NCBI GenBank assembly: GCA_002269645.1
Contig: NIVC01000493.1
Span: 1-64,000, forward strand
From: Macrostomum lignano
Taxonomy: Eukaryota
DNA: 64,000 bases
Direction: 5' to 3'
A model generated the notes under the pieces. That model was not told the origin of the DNA. It made no database searches and saw only the letters and a list, made by a program, of their open reading frames with translations. This document shows, piece after piece, positions 10,601 through 22,192 of this stretch (its first letter is position 1; each line of letters begins with the position of its first letter). Position numbers and translations under genes: made by a program.

Positions 10601-13112
10601 TCGGGCGGGCAGCGCGGCCAGGCGGCCGAGACGGATTCGTTCCGCTCGGATCGGCCTCCAATCGAGAACTCGGCCACTCGGCGACGGCAGATCAGCCTCT
10701 CCAGCAGCAATCGCTGGCGCTGCGTGCTGTTGGAGATGCTGGTCCGGCGCATCTGCAGTTGTTGGGTTTGGAGTTTTGGAGGGCGGATTTGGAGTTTTGG
10801 AGGGTGGATTTGGAGTTTTGGAGGGCGGATTTGGAGTTTTAGAAGGCGTATTTGGAGTTTGAAGGGCGGATTTGGAGTTTTAGAGAGCGGATTTGAAGTT
10901 TAAGAGGGCGGATTTGGAGTTTTAGAGGGCGGATTTGGAGTTTTAGAGGGCGGATTTGGAGTTTTAGAGGGCGGATTTGGAGTTTTAGAGGGCGGATTTG
11001 GAGTTTTAGAGGGCGGATTTGGAGTTTAAGAGGGCGGATTTGGAGTTTTAGAAGGCGGATTTGGAGTTTTAGAGAGCGGGTTTGGAGTTTTAGAGAGCGG
11101 GTTTGGACTTTTGGAGCGGATTTGGAGTTGTGGAGAGCGGATTTGGAGTTGTGGAGAGCGGATTTGGAGTTTAAGAGGGCGGATTTGGAGTTTAAGAGGG
11201 CGGATTTGGAGTTTTAGAAAGTGGATTTGGAGTTTAAGAGGGCGGATTTGGAGTTTAAGAGGGCGGATTTGGAGTTTTAGAAAGTGGATTTGGAGTTTAA
11301 GAGGGCGGATTTGGAGTTTTGGAGAGCGGGTTTGGAGTTTTAGAGGGCGGATTTGGAGTTTTAGAGAGCGGGTTTGGAGTTTTAGAGAGCGGGTTTGGAG
11401 TTTTAAAGGGCGGATTTGGAGTTTTAGACAGTGGGTTTGGAGTTTAAGAGGGTGGAGTTGGAGTTTTAGAGGGCGGATTGGAAGTTTAACAGGGCGGATT
11501 GTTGAGTAGAGGAGAGCGAATTGCAAATTTCGAAGCGAATTTGAATTTTGCTTTTTGTGATGCCATTAGAGTAGCTCTAGGAATTCTGAGAAAGAGAACT
11601 TTTAGAAAGCAAAGCAGTCACCGGTCTTCCACTAAATCAACCGCTTTCTATAACTGCAAAGGTACTACGCTCGTAATTAGTAGTTGCCAGGTATACTCGT
11701 AGGAGAATTGTGACGATCTGTCATTTTATTACTAGCATATATTAGTTTCCTTTCTAATTTCCGAATGCTGACAAGCATTCAGTGAATTATTTCCTTCGAC
11801 TATGTCAATGCTACTGCCATTCTAGTATTGAGACATTTAATCTGTGCCCAGGTTATTAATCTGGGTGTGGGGTTTTGTCAGGCGAGCACAAGGTGAGCAG
11901 GTGGGCAGGGCACATGTGATCCTGGATTGCGTGCTCAGGACAGATCGCGGCTCCTCTGCACATAGTAGCCTGATTGCGTATATTAGAAAAGATGAGGTGT
12001 GGCAGGGAGTGAGGTGGGGCAGGGAGTGAGGTGGGGCAGGGAGTGAGGTGTGGCAGGGAGTGAGGGGGGCAGGGAGTGAGGTGTGGCAGGGAGTGAGGTG
12101 TGGAAGGGAGTGAGGGGGGCAGGGAGTGAGGTGGGGCAGGGAGTGAGGTGTGGCAGGGAGTGAGGTGGGGCAGGGAGTGAGGTGTGGCAGGGAGTGAGGT
12201 GGGGCAGGGAGTGAGGTGTGGCAGGGAGTGAGGTGGGGCAGGGAGTGAGGTGTGGAAGGGAGTGAGGGGGGCAGGGAGTGAAGTGGGGCAGGGAGTGAGG
12301 TGTGGCAGGGAGTGAGGTGGGGCAGGGAGTGAGGTGTGGCAGGGAGTGAGGGGGGCAGGGAGTGAGGTGGGGCAGGGAGTGAGGTGTGGAAGGGAGTGAG
12401 GGGGGCAGGGAGTGAGGTGGGGCAGGGAGTGAGGTGTGGCAGGGAGTGAGGTGGGGCAGGGAGTGAGGTGTGGCAGGGAGTGAGGTGGGGCAGGGAGTGA
12501 GGTGTGGAAGGGAGTGAGGGGAGCAGGGAGTGAAGTGGGGCAGGGAGTGAGGTGTGGCAGGGAGTGAGGTGTGGCAGGGAGTGAGGTGGGGCAGGGAGTG
12601 AAGTGGGGCAGGGAATGAGGTGGGGCAGGGAGTGAGGTGGGGAGGGAGTGAGGAAGAAGAGAGGCGAATGAAGTAAGGGGAAATTAGCGGATGTAGCAGG
12701 GAGTGGGGAGCTGTATTCAGCAGCTTCTCACCTCCTCAACAACTTGAGCAAAGATTTTCTTATCCTTCGGTTTGCATTCGGTCAAGTCGGTAACCGCTTC
12801 GACGACGGCCGCCTTGCTGTCGCTGCCGTTGACAGTCGCGGGGGGAGGCCCGGGTGGGCATTGGCGCCAGGCCGACGCGGTGCCGTTGCCGCTGAAGAGG
12901 CTGGGCGGGCAGGCCGCTGCCATTTCGGCGCCGCTTCGGAGCGGCGGCCAGCAGAGGAGGCCGTCGAAGCTGCCGGGGCAGTCGGGGAGGTTGTCGGAGC
13001 GCCAGTCGTCGAGGCGTCGCTCCAGCAGCGACATCTGGCAGGCGGCTTCGACGTCGCGCAGTTCGTCGATGATTTGAAGGACTGCATCAGCTGCATCTGT
13101 GTCGGCTGCGGC
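4463..13112 (-). CDS. Family-B1 (secretin/PTH-receptor-like) GPCR with two tandem hormone-binding domains; gene span, with 5' and 3' ends unresolved
   Basis: Exons on the minus strand: 13112-12732, 10752-10333, 9778-9684, 9501-9396, 7278-7119, 6592-6459, 5906-5815, 4929-4779, 4681-4463. All have GT-AG boundaries and compatible phases, giving 586 open codons. Family motifs: RRLHCQRNAIHVNLF, WVFVEALHLH, LGWG, VNAVLF..IVR, YRKLWKSTSVLV..FG, FQGFLVALLYCFVNAEV. Confidence 0.93.
4779..4929 (-). CDS. GPCR exon: TM6-ECL3-TM7
   Basis: RKLWKSTSVLVLVFGIYYLIF...YYEHFFSSFQ; phase 2-0. Confidence 0.92.
4975..5745. repeat. Minisatellite with ~40-41-bp unit (GPCR intron)
   Basis: CCACTCCCT(G/A)CCCC...CAACACCCCTCAGTTTT tandem units. 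Confidence 0.95.
5815..5906 (-). CDS. GPCR exon: TM5-ICL3
   Basis: VNAVLFVRIVREIFKKLRLQTAAMEATQTY(R); strong polypyrimidine acceptor; phase 0-2. Confidence 0.9.
6060..6305 (+). mobile_element. tRNA-derived SINE, family 2, copy 1
   Basis: B-box GGTTCGATTCC near 6103 and shared core AGTCAGGGCTGCTGTACACCCTGTGTGAGCGTG near 6250. Confidence 0.65.
6459..6592 (-). CDS. GPCR exon: TM4-ECL2-TM5
   Basis: GASACITAVWILLRILFDNRDCWRQFRPLGADIWLINSYLCVLVL, containing the ECL2 CW motif; phase 1-0. Confidence 0.88.
6918..7050. repeat. Minisatellite, 16-bp unit GCTGAGGATCTGTGAA
   Basis: About 8 tandem copies. Confidence 0.9.
7119..7278 (-). CDS. GPCR exon: TM3-ICL2-TM4
   Basis: LACRADQSAMTFAVVSSFTWVFVEALHLHSLIF...YAVLGW(G); the C-x16-W spacing matches family B. 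Confidence 0.92.
7408..8396. repeat. Minisatellite, 35-bp unit TTCTCCGCCCGCTGCCATAGACAGCACTCTCCACA
   Basis: About 28 tandem copies. Confidence 0.97.
8735..8900 (-). mobile_element. tRNA-derived SINE, family 2, copy 2
   Basis: Antisense B-box GCAGAATCGAACCCC and core GCTGGGTGTACAGGGGACCTGACT. Confidence 0.6.
8935..9330. repeat. 10-bp tandem repeat AAGTGGCTGT
   Basis: Visible tandem array. Confidence 0.95.
9396..9501 (-). CDS. GPCR exon: ICL1-TM2
   Basis: RLHCQRNAIHVNLFAAFSLRAGRYFVNKLAPLDGQ; phase 2-0. Confidence 0.92.
9684..9778 (-). CDS. GPCR exon: TM1
   Basis: MHITILDGIGFAGFGLSLASLLTAICILAAF(R); phase 0-2. Confidence 0.9.
9832..10275. repeat. Minisatellite, 22-bp unit TGTGTCACTCACATCTGCCCTA
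   Basis: Visible tandem array. Confidence 0.95.
10333..10752 (-). CDS. GPCR exon: hormone-binding domain 2 (canonical)
   Basis: LIC...RCPPEFDVAVCWP...APCPDYL...RLCTDRGVW...WTNFSEC. ctgcag acceptor and GTGAG donor; phase 0-0. Confidence 0.92.
10768..11490. repeat. Minisatellite, 21-bp unit TTGGAGTTTTAGAGGGCGGAT
   Basis: Begins ~15 nt from the ECD2 exon acceptor. Confidence 0.95.
11995..12650. repeat. G-rich minisatellite, 17-bp unit GGGAGTGAGGTG(G/T)GGCA
   Basis: Visible tandem array. Confidence 0.95.
12732..13112 (-). CDS. GPCR exon: hormone-binding domain 1 (divergent)
   Basis: AAC...DCPGSFDGLLCWPP...AACP...RQC...DLTEC gives six Cys. ttcag acceptor and GTGAG donor; phase 0-0. Confidence 0.85.
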
Positions 13113-13234
13113 CTGAATGTGAATAGAGATGGCTGAGTATTCAGAATGGGATCAGATGCAAACGATAACTTTGATAATGATGCTGTTGTTTTTTGCTTGA
13201 GATTCAATTATGTCGGGTGAGATTTGGTTCGTGT

Positions 13235-13800
13235 ATAGAGTTAGATTCGATTGGCGAGGGTGAGATTCGATTGGGGAGGTTGAGATTCGATTGGAGAGGG
13301 TGAGATTCGATTGGGGAGGTTGAGATTCGATTGATGAGGGTGAGATTCGATTAGAAAGGGTGAGATTCGATTAGAAAGGGTGAGATTCGATTGATGAGGG
13401 TGAGATTCGATTAGAAAGGGTGAGATTCGATTGGTGAGGGTGAGATTCGATTAGAAAGGGTGAGATTTGATTGATGAGGGTGAGATTCGATTGGGAGGGT
13501 AAGATTCGATTGGTGAAGGTGAAATCCGATTGGTGAAGGTGAGATTCGATTGACGAGAGTGAGATTCGATTGGGGAGGGTAAGATTTGATTGATAAGGGT
13601 GAGATTCGATTTCGAAAAGTGAGATTCGCTCTGGGAGGGTGAGATTCGATTTCGAAAAGTGAGATTCGATTGGGGAGGGTGAAAATTCGATTTCGGAAAG
13701 TGAGATTCGCTCTGGGAGGGTAAGATTCAATTGAGGAGGGTAAGATTCGATTGCAGAGAGTAAGCTTTGATTGGGGAGGAGAAAATTCAATTGAGCATTG
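13235..13800. repeat. Minisatellite, 20-bp unit GAGATTCGATTGGGGAGGGT
   Basis: Tandem array that degenerates towards the right. Confidence 0.93.
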
Positions 13801-14369
13801 AAGCTTGAAGAAGTCTGTGAGTGAAATCTTGGAAGCGGCACAAAGGACGAGAGCAGGAGTTGTTTCAGATCGGCCCAGCCTTTGTTCCTCTTGTTCCTCT
13901 CTTCAAAAGACAAATGAATCCTACTTCGTTCTCAAAGCCGCTTCGAAAATGTTTTTTTGAGTCAAGGAAAAGCGAGGCGGGGGAAAAGTGGCGGAAATTT
14001 CCAAATTTGTCCCGCACGCCTCTGCCCGCCTCTGCCCCGCTTTTCTGTCCGTCTATCGGCGCACCTTTTTCTGGCCTGCTTTGCAATATTTCAGCACGGG
14101 CTGTTTGCTTTTTGAGCAGATTGCAGCTTCACATTTTTGTGGGAAAATGCCCTGCCCAAACTTTGTCTTCTTTTTCCCTTGGCCCAGCCTAATTGCCGAG
14201 AGCTTGCAGAAGGCGGGCATCCCCCTGCTGGACAGAGAAATTGAGGGAGCGGCAAAGCAACACTTTTATATAGGAATTCGCGTGCAGAGATAGACAAGAG
14301 GATAAAGGAGAGAGACGGAGGAGGAAGTCAACAATACTAAAATATAAAAAATTCTGCCGACCCCTGTCA

Positions 14370-15120
14370 TTGTGTTGTCAAGTAAGCATGCTGCATGCGC
14401 ACCAGCATCATGCCTAGTTACCAGAAGTACGTATTGCAATGTACATTCGCTCGGGCCACGGTGCCTACTACTACAAAATATTGAGGTGTTTCATCACAAT
14501 TGATTTCACTCCGAAATAGGGACATGACTTTGCTACGCTGTTACAATTGGTAACGAGAATGGCTTTAGTTGGACAACTAGAGCATTACGAGGAAGGCAAA
14601 GATTGGGACGCCCATCAAAGGCGAATGGACTCTATTTGCTTGTAAATGGAAAAATTAATAATATGCAAATTAATAAAATGCAAACGACAGCTCAGCCGCA
14701 GCTATTGCGCGGCGCATCTGAAGGCTGCGTACGGCTGTTCAGTCCAAGGACTAAGGGGGGTCGCCACGCACGCCCTCAATTACTCCATCTAACGCTGGCA
14801 CCCATTTTACAGCTGGGTGAACTGAAGCAATGCAGAGTTAAGTGTCTTGCTCCAGCGTCTTGCTCTTGCTCGAATCCTCGACCTTTCAGTCGTGAGTCCG
14901 ACGCCCTAACCACTACAACCCGTCATGGAAGGCGAAGACAAGAAGAACACGATGTTTGACATTGATGATCTGCTGGATTTCTGCAGTCTGGCCAAGCCAA
15001 CAGGTCCGCAATACAGCGTTCTCACAGAGCACCTTGAAAAGTACTTCAAACCGAAGAAGCCATGCAGTGATCGCGGAACGGTTCAAGTTCTATAAGCGAG
15101 CTCAAAAAGATGAAGAGACA
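14370..15120 (+). mobile_element. Ty3/gypsy (Mag-like) LTR retrotransposon 5' remnant: LTR end, PBS, degraded gag
   Basis: LTR end ...TGTTACA (14545), then AT, then PBS TGGTAACGAG (14548-14557) and ATG at 14559 (MALVGQLEHYEEGKDWDAHQRRM). After an insertion the gag resumes as LAKPTGPQYSVLTEHLEKYFKPKK/VIAERFKFYKRAQKDEE. The LTR 5' limit is approximate. Confidence 0.85.
14705..14920 (-). mobile_element. tRNA-derived SINE with CORE-like domain, inserted in the gypsy gag
   Basis: The minus strand reads GGTTGTAGTGGTTAGGGCGTCGGACTCACGACTGAAAGGTCGAGGATTCGAG (A/B-box head), then GAGCAAGACACTTAACTCTGCATTGCTTCAGTTCACCCAGCTGTAAAATGGGT, which resembles the CORE-SINE consensus. Confidence 0.75.
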
Positions 15121-15121
15121 A

Positions 15122-15822
15122 GGGAGTGAGGAGGGGCAAGGGAGTGAGGAGGGGCAAGGGAGTGAGGAGGGGCAAGGGAGTGAGGAGAGGCAAGGGAGTG
15201 AGGAGGGGCAAGGGAGTGAGGAGGGGCAAGGGAGTGAGGAGGGGCAAGGGAGTGAGGAGGGGCAAGGGAGTGAGGAGGGGCAAGGGAGTGAGGAGGGGCA
15301 AGGGAGTGAGGAGGGGCAAGGGAGTGAGGAGGGGCAAGGGAGTGAGGAGGGGCAAGGGAGTGAGGAGGGGCAAGGGAGTGAGGAGGGGCAAGGGAGTGAG
15401 GAGGGGCAAGGGAGTGAGGAGGGGCAAGGGAGTGAGGAGGGGCAAGGGAGTGAGGAGGGGCAAGGGAGTGAGGAGGGGCAAGGGAGTGAGGAGGGGCAAG
15501 GGAGTGAGGAGGGGCAAGGGAGTGAGGAGGGGCAAGGGAGTGAGGAGGGGCAAGGGAGTGAGGAGGGGCAAGGGAGTGAGGAGGGGCAAGGGAGTGAGGA
15601 GGGGCAAGGGAGTGAGGAGGGGCAAGGGAGTGAGGAGGGGCAAGGGAGTGAGGAGGGGCAAGGGAGTGAGGAGGGGCAAGGGAGTGAGGAGGGGCAAGGG
15701 AGTGAGGAGGGGCAAGGGAGTGAGGAGGGGCAAGGGAGTGAGGAGGGGCAAGGGAGTGAGGAGGGGCAAGGGAGTGAGGAGGGGCAAGGGAGTGAGGAGG
15801 GGCAAGGGAGTGAGGAGGGGCA
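15122..15822. repeat. Highly homogeneous G-rich 18-bp array GGGAGTGAGGAGGGGCAA
   Basis: About 39 copies, with one visible variant near 15185. Confidence 0.97.
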
Positions 15823-15874
15823 GGGCTAAGGACTACCGGCGTAATGAGACTCGATTGCAACCCCTGAATAAGCA

Positions 15875-16010
15875 CGCAACACGCTCACACTGAGTGTACT
15901 AACGGCCCTGATTTCTCATCGTATGTGTCGTTGGGGGATGGTGTTTGTGTTACTCGAATCGCCACCCAAATTAATTTAGGGCCTTTTGCGAAATCGAACT
16001 CAGGTTGTTT
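15875..16010 (-). mobile_element. tRNA-derived SINE, family 2, copy 3 (degenerate)
   Basis: CGCTCACACTGAGTGTACTAACGGCCCTGATTTC core and AAATCGAACTC antisense B-box. Confidence 0.5.
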
Positions 16011-16407
16011 AGCGCATGTTAGAGTTTGGGTTAGGGCGATAAAACTATGGGCGACAGAGAGGAGAGGGTGGCCAAAACAACGGAAAAAGCCGGTTAGCAT
16101 TGAGGCAAAGTAGGGTGCTTAATAAATTCCTATAATTTTGGCACTCAAAATTCTAAATCTGAAAGAGCCGCGTCACTTACACTGACAGCATCGGATGCCG
16201 CAACCAGATAGATGACGCAGTGGATGGCTGCTCGAAAATTCATGTCGAACAAATTTCCCCAGACTTGGCTGGAAGTTCTCTTGCCGGCAGTGGGCGGAAG
16301 GAGAAAAAGATACGTTAAATACACTTGTTGAAGTGCTCGGGTTCGAGGACCAATAGAAACCGACTCGAATTGAGATTGGCCGACTGCCAGAGCTGGGGAT
16401 GCCAGCT

Positions 16408-16844
<437 letters not shown>

Positions 16845-16846
<2 letters not shown>

Positions 16847-17010
16847 GTGTACAGCGGCCCTGACTTTCAAATTTCGGGCATCTCTCTTTGCCTTGGGGGT
16901 TGGCCCTCGTGGACGCGAATCGCAGAGGTCCCAGGCCCAATTTCGGCGCACGAACCCTAACCGTGAGCGCAGAATCGAACCCGGGCGACTCTGGCGCTCC
17001 GACACTCCCA
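16845..17010 (-). mobile_element. tRNA-derived SINE, family 2, copy 4
   Basis: GTGTACAGCGGCCCTGACTTTC core and GCAGAATCGAACCCGGG antisense B-box; abuts the (TTAG)n array. Confidence 0.62.
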
Positions 17011-17267
17011 GCCCCGCCAATGGTCTTTCACAATTTGCAGAATGCCACTGATCTCGAATGTCTTTCCCTGCAGTGGCTTGTAGTTGCCGCGTACACAAGT
17101 ACAAAAACACAAAGGGATTAACTCTGTCCTGCTAATTAATGAGAAATACTTCCCGGCAGCGGCTGTTCAAGCATTAATAAGGGAGATTCGTTGACAAAAG
17201 GCACGAAGGAGTGCAGGCGATCAGCTCACTGAGCAGTGCCCGACACAGCTCTTTCTGCCTTCCCTAC

Positions 17268-17428
17268 CTCGCCGCTGACTTTCATAGCTTGCAAGAGTCC
17301 TCCTAAATCATTAGTGCAGCTCATCGGTGAGCCGCCTGCCTGCTGGAGATAAGCGGCTTTGAGTACCCGCCGCTCTGCCGCTCTGAGCACTTCATCAACT
17401 GCTCTGGCGGGACCGAGTCTGCCGGAAC
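17268..17428 (-). CDS. Candidate upstream exon of the GPCR
   Basis: Open frame GSGRLGPARAVDEVLRAAERRVLKAAYLQQAGGSPMSCTNDLGGLLQAMKVSGE. It ends in phase 0 at a GTAGGG donor, compatible with the exon at 13112. No family motif. Confidence 0.3.
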
Positions 17429-17445
17429 CTGACTCTGACGCATTC

Positions 17446-17905
17446 AGTCTACTCCACCTAGTCTACTCTACTCCACCTAGTCTACTCTACTCCACCTAGT
17501 CTACTCTACTCCACCTAGTCTACTCTACTCCACCTAGTCTACTCTACTCCACCTAGTCTACTCTACTCCACCTAGTCTATTCTACTCCACCTAGTCTACT
17601 CTACTCCACCTATTCTACTCTACTCCACCTAGTCTACTCTACTCCACCTAGTCTACTCTACTCCACCTAGTCTACTCTACTCCACCTAGTCTACTCTACT
17701 CCACCTAGCCTACTCTACTCCACCTAGTCTACTCTACTCCACCTAGTCTACTCTACTCCACCTAGTCTACTCTACTCCACCTAGTCTACTCTACTCCACC
17801 TAGTCTACTCTACTCCACCTAGTCTACTCTACTCCACCTAGTCTACTCTACCCCACCCAGTCTACTCTACTCTACCCAGTCTGCTCTACTCTACCCAGTC
17901 TACTC
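17446..17905. repeat. Minisatellite, 19-bp unit AGTCTACTCTACTCCACCT
   Basis: Visible tandem array. Confidence 0.95.
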
Positions 17906-18359
17906 TACTCTACCCAGTGTACTCATCAGCAAAAGTCCAAACCATCATCAAGTTTGTTGTTATGGTTGCGTGATTTCGAAAGAACCAACTGTAATTAGCC
18001 ATCAGAGCAGCTGCGTCTCAGTCTTTTAAGAAAATGCTCATATCAGGCAAGCAAGATGCTTCCGTCTCAAGGGCATTCGCGGGCTCCCGTTTAGATTAAA
18101 TTGAATTTTCTGTTTATCTCGTCTGTTGCTCTCGCTACAGATTCAGGTAGTGATGAGGCGGGCTTAATTAAAAGAAATTCATCTAAGTCTTCAATTTCGG
18201 CAGGAAATTTCTCATAACAAAAAACCTTTAATCTCAGGGTGTTGGATTCTTTGAAAATTATATTCAAGACAGTCTACTTTAAGTAGTTGATTGAAGTTAT
18301 TGTTTTCTTGAGGAGAGAAAAAATCGTCTAGTTGCTTGAAAATGTAGATTTAATACATT

Positions 18360-18750
18360 AGGGATCTCTGAGTGATTTGGGATCTCTAAACAATTTGAGA
18401 TCTCGGAGTGATTTGGGATCTCGGAGTGATTTGGGATCTAGGAGTGATTTGGGATCTCGGAGTGATTTGAGATCTCTGAGTGTTTTGGGATCTTTGAGAG
18501 ACTTGGAATCTCATAGAGATTTAGGGGATCGAATCTGAGATTTCTAGGATTTGAGGAATTTGGGATCTGAGGAACCTGAAGGATTTGGATCTGAGGGATC
18601 TGGGACCTGAGGGATCTGGGACCTGAGGGATCTGGGACCTGAGGGACCTGGGACCTGTCATTGAGGATCTGGGACCTGAGGGATCTGGGACCTGTCATTG
18701 AGGATCTGGGATCTGAGGGATCTGGGACCTGTCATTGCGGATCTGGGATC
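18360..18750. repeat. Degenerate GGGATCT-rich tandem repeats
   Basis: GATTTGGGATCTCGGAGT and GAGGGATCTGGGACCT units. Confidence 0.85.
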
Positions 18751-19127
18751 TGAAGATGTGTTCTACAATAGTAAGGGATTTAGGATGCCATTTTTGTAAC
18801 ATTTTATTAATCCAAACTTTGATTCCTTTCCCATCGAATTGCGAAGTTATAGTTTCTGTTATTCTCTCAATTCTCCAGCAAAAGAATACCTAAGCCAAAG
18901 CTTTTCAATTTTAAAAATCCTTCTAGCAGCATTCGAAAGACACACCGGATGCCTCGAACCCGGCCCAAAATGCTACAGTCTCCCTGCGGCCTGGCGGTGA
19001 TTCATGTTTGCTAGCAAAGCGTTTCGATTGAACTGGCTTAGCGGAAGCCCTTCTTCAAACTTTGAAAAATATGAATGTTAACTTTAGAAATCAAGTTAAA
19101 ATTTGAGAAAGACAGATGATCTGGGAT

Positions 19128-20733
19128 CTAACACTGAGGATCTGGGATCTGACATTGAGGATCTGGGATCTGACATTGAGGATCTAGGATCTGACATAGA
19201 CTTTGGGACCTGACATTGAGGATCTAGGGTCTGACATTGAGTATCTGGGATCTGACATTGATTATCAGTAATCTGACATAGAGGATCTGGGATCTGACAT
19301 AGAGGATCTGGGATCTGACATAGAGGATCTAAAATCCGACATTGATTATCAGGGATCTGACATTGAGGATCTAGGATCTGACATTGATTATCAGGGATCT
19401 GACATAGAGGATCTGGGATCTGACATTGAGGATCTCGGATCTGACATTGAGGATCTGGGATCTGACATTGAGGATCTGGGATCTGACATTGAGGATCTAG
19501 GATCTGACATTGAGGATCTGGGGTCTGACATTGAGGATCTAGGATCTGACATTGAGGATCTGGGATCTGACATTGAGGATCTGGGATCTGACATTGAGGA
19601 TCTAGGATCCGACATTGAGGATCGGGAATCTGACATTGAGGATCTAGGATCCGACATTGAGGATCTGGGATCTGACATTGAGGATCTGGGATCTGACATT
19701 GAGGATCTGGGATCTGACATTGAGGATCTAGGATCTGACATTGAGGATCGGGAATCTGACATTGAGGATCGGGAATCTGACATTGAGGATCTAGGATCCG
19801 ACATTGAGGATCGGGAATCTGACATTGAGGATCTAGGATCCGACATTGAGGATCTGGGATCTGACATTGAGGATCTGGGATCTGACATTGAGGATCTGGG
19901 ATCTGACATTGAGGATCTGGGATCTGACATTGAGGATCGGGAATCTGACATTGAGGATCTAGGATCCGACATTGAGGATCGGGAATCTGACATTGAGGAT
20001 CTAGGATCCGACATTGAGGATCTGGGATCTGACATTGAGGATCTGGGATCTGACATTGAGGATCTGGGATCTGACATTGAGGATCTGGGATCTGACATTG
20101 AGGATCTGAGATCTAACATTGAGGATCTGGGATCTGACATTGAGGATCTGGGATCCGACATTGAGGATCTGGGATCCGACATTGAGGATCTGGGATCTGA
20201 CATTGAGGATCTGGGATCTGACATTGAGGATCTGGGATCTGACATTGAGGATCTGGGATCTGACATTGAGGATCTGGGATCTGACATTGAGGATCTGGGA
20301 TCTGACATTGAGGATCTGGGATCTGACATTGAGGATCTGGGATCTGACATTGAGGATCTGAGATCTAACATTGAGGATCTGGGATCTGACATTGAGGATC
20401 TGGGATCCGACATTGAGGATCTGGGATCCGACATTGAGGATCTGGGATCTGACATTGAGGATCTGGGATCTGACATTGAGGATCTGGGATCTGACATTGA
20501 GGATCTGGGATCTGACATTGAGGATCTGGGATCTGACATTGAGGATCTGGGATCTGACATTGAGGATCTGGGATCTTACATTGAGGATCTGGGATCTGAC
20601 ATTGAGGATCTGAGATCTAACATTGAGGATCTGGGATCTGACATTGAGGATCTGGGATCTGACATTGAGGATCTGGGATCTGACATTGAGGATCTGGGAT
20701 CCGACATTGAGGATCTGGGATCTGACATTGAGG
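19128..20733. repeat. Minisatellite, 21-bp unit GAGGATCTGGGATCTGACATT
   Basis: About 75 copies. Confidence 0.97.
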
Positions 20734-21339
20734 AGATACGAGAGCCTGCTCTCGGACAAGCTGGAATTGCCTGTTTCAGAACGAAGGAGGCTCAAGGCAG
20801 AACAGTGCACAGCCAGCAGTAGTGTAGGCCTGACAGCCCATGACATCCGTAGAGACGGAAATAAGCGATTTCGATGGCGATGTATTAGCAAGGATTACTT
20901 TTTCTGCATGATGGGTTTGGGATAATGGCTGCAAAATATCCCTTCAGCCTTTGTCGGGCTCCGCAATGCGGCTATGGGGATCAGGACCCCAGGCCCCCTC
21001 TCCGTCCCTCTCTATATAAACACAGGCAGACAGTTGCTGATACAGAAATTGGGATCGGGGAGATCGAGAAATCCCATTAGTGGGGAGTCTTGAATCCCCC
21101 AACCTGGGAGGCCTGCACCTGTCCAGCTCCGATCCCAAAATCGTCTAATTTCTCATTTTTTATTCGAAATCTTCCACTAAAAGATGAAATGCAAAAATAA
21201 ACTCTGGATTAAAAGTTTGAGGCAAGAAGGGGCCGGTGGATGGGAGGCGGTCGGCTGTATTCCCAACAGAATACAATAAATGGGTTGTCTGGGGCGATTT
21301 CCCTAGAACAGGTGGGCCGAAGAGGCTTAAAAGCAGGAA

Positions 21340-22192
21340 AAGTCAGGAACTCAATGGGTCAGGACTAAAGTGGGTCAGGAATAAAATGGGTCAGGAACTC
21401 AATGGGTCAGGAACTCAATGGGTCAGGAACTCAATGGGTCAGGAATATAATGGGTCAGGAATATAATGGGTCAGGAATATAATGGGTCAGGAATATAATG
21501 GGTCAAGAATATAATGGGTCAGGAATATAATGGGTCAGGAATATAATGGGTCAAGAATATAATGGGTCAGGAATATAATGGGTCAGGAACTCAATGGGTC
21601 AGGAATATAATGGGTCAGGAATATAATGGGTCAGGAATATAATGGGTCAGGAACTCAATGGGTCAGGAATATAATGGGTCAGGAACAGTGTGGGCCAGGA
21701 ACAGTGTGGGCCAGGAACAGCGTGGGCCAGGAATAGTATGGGTCAGGAACAGTGTGGGTCAGGAACAGTGTGGGTCAGGAACAGTGTGGGTCAGGAACAG
21801 TGTGGGTCAGGAACAGTGTGGGTCAGGAACAGTGTGGGTCAGGAACAGTGTGGGTCAGGAACAGTGTGGGTCAGGAACAGTGTGGGTCAGGAACAGTGTG
21901 GGTCAGGAACAGCGTGGGCCAGGAACAGTGTGGGTCAGGAACAGTGTGGGTCAGGAACAGTGTGGGTCAGGAACAGCGTGGGCCAGGAACAGTGTGGGTC
22001 AGGAACAGTGTGGGTCAGGAACAGTGTGGGTCAGGAACAGTGTGGGTCAGGAACAGTGTGGGCCAGGAACAGTGTGGGTCAGGAACAGTGTGGGTCAGGA
22101 ACAGTGTGGGTCAGGAACAGTGTGGGTCAGGAACAGCGTGGGCCAGGAACAGTGTGGGTCAGGAACAGTGTGGGTCAGGAACAGTGTGGGTC
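21340..22192. repeat. Bipartite 16-bp array GGGTCAGGAATATAAT, then GGGTCAGGAACAGTGT
   Basis: The unit variant switches near 21680. Confidence 0.95.

Noticed and set aside
15083-15893. Four 240-257-aa ORFs (GSEEGQ, RRGKGV, LLTPLP, PPHSLA)
   Set aside because: A stop-free 18-bp repeat is open on both strands, with no unique coding flanks.
19391-20891. 389-aa MSDPRSS repeat ORF and related frames
   Set aside because: It is a 21-bp satellite that is open in several frames, with no evidence of coding constraint.
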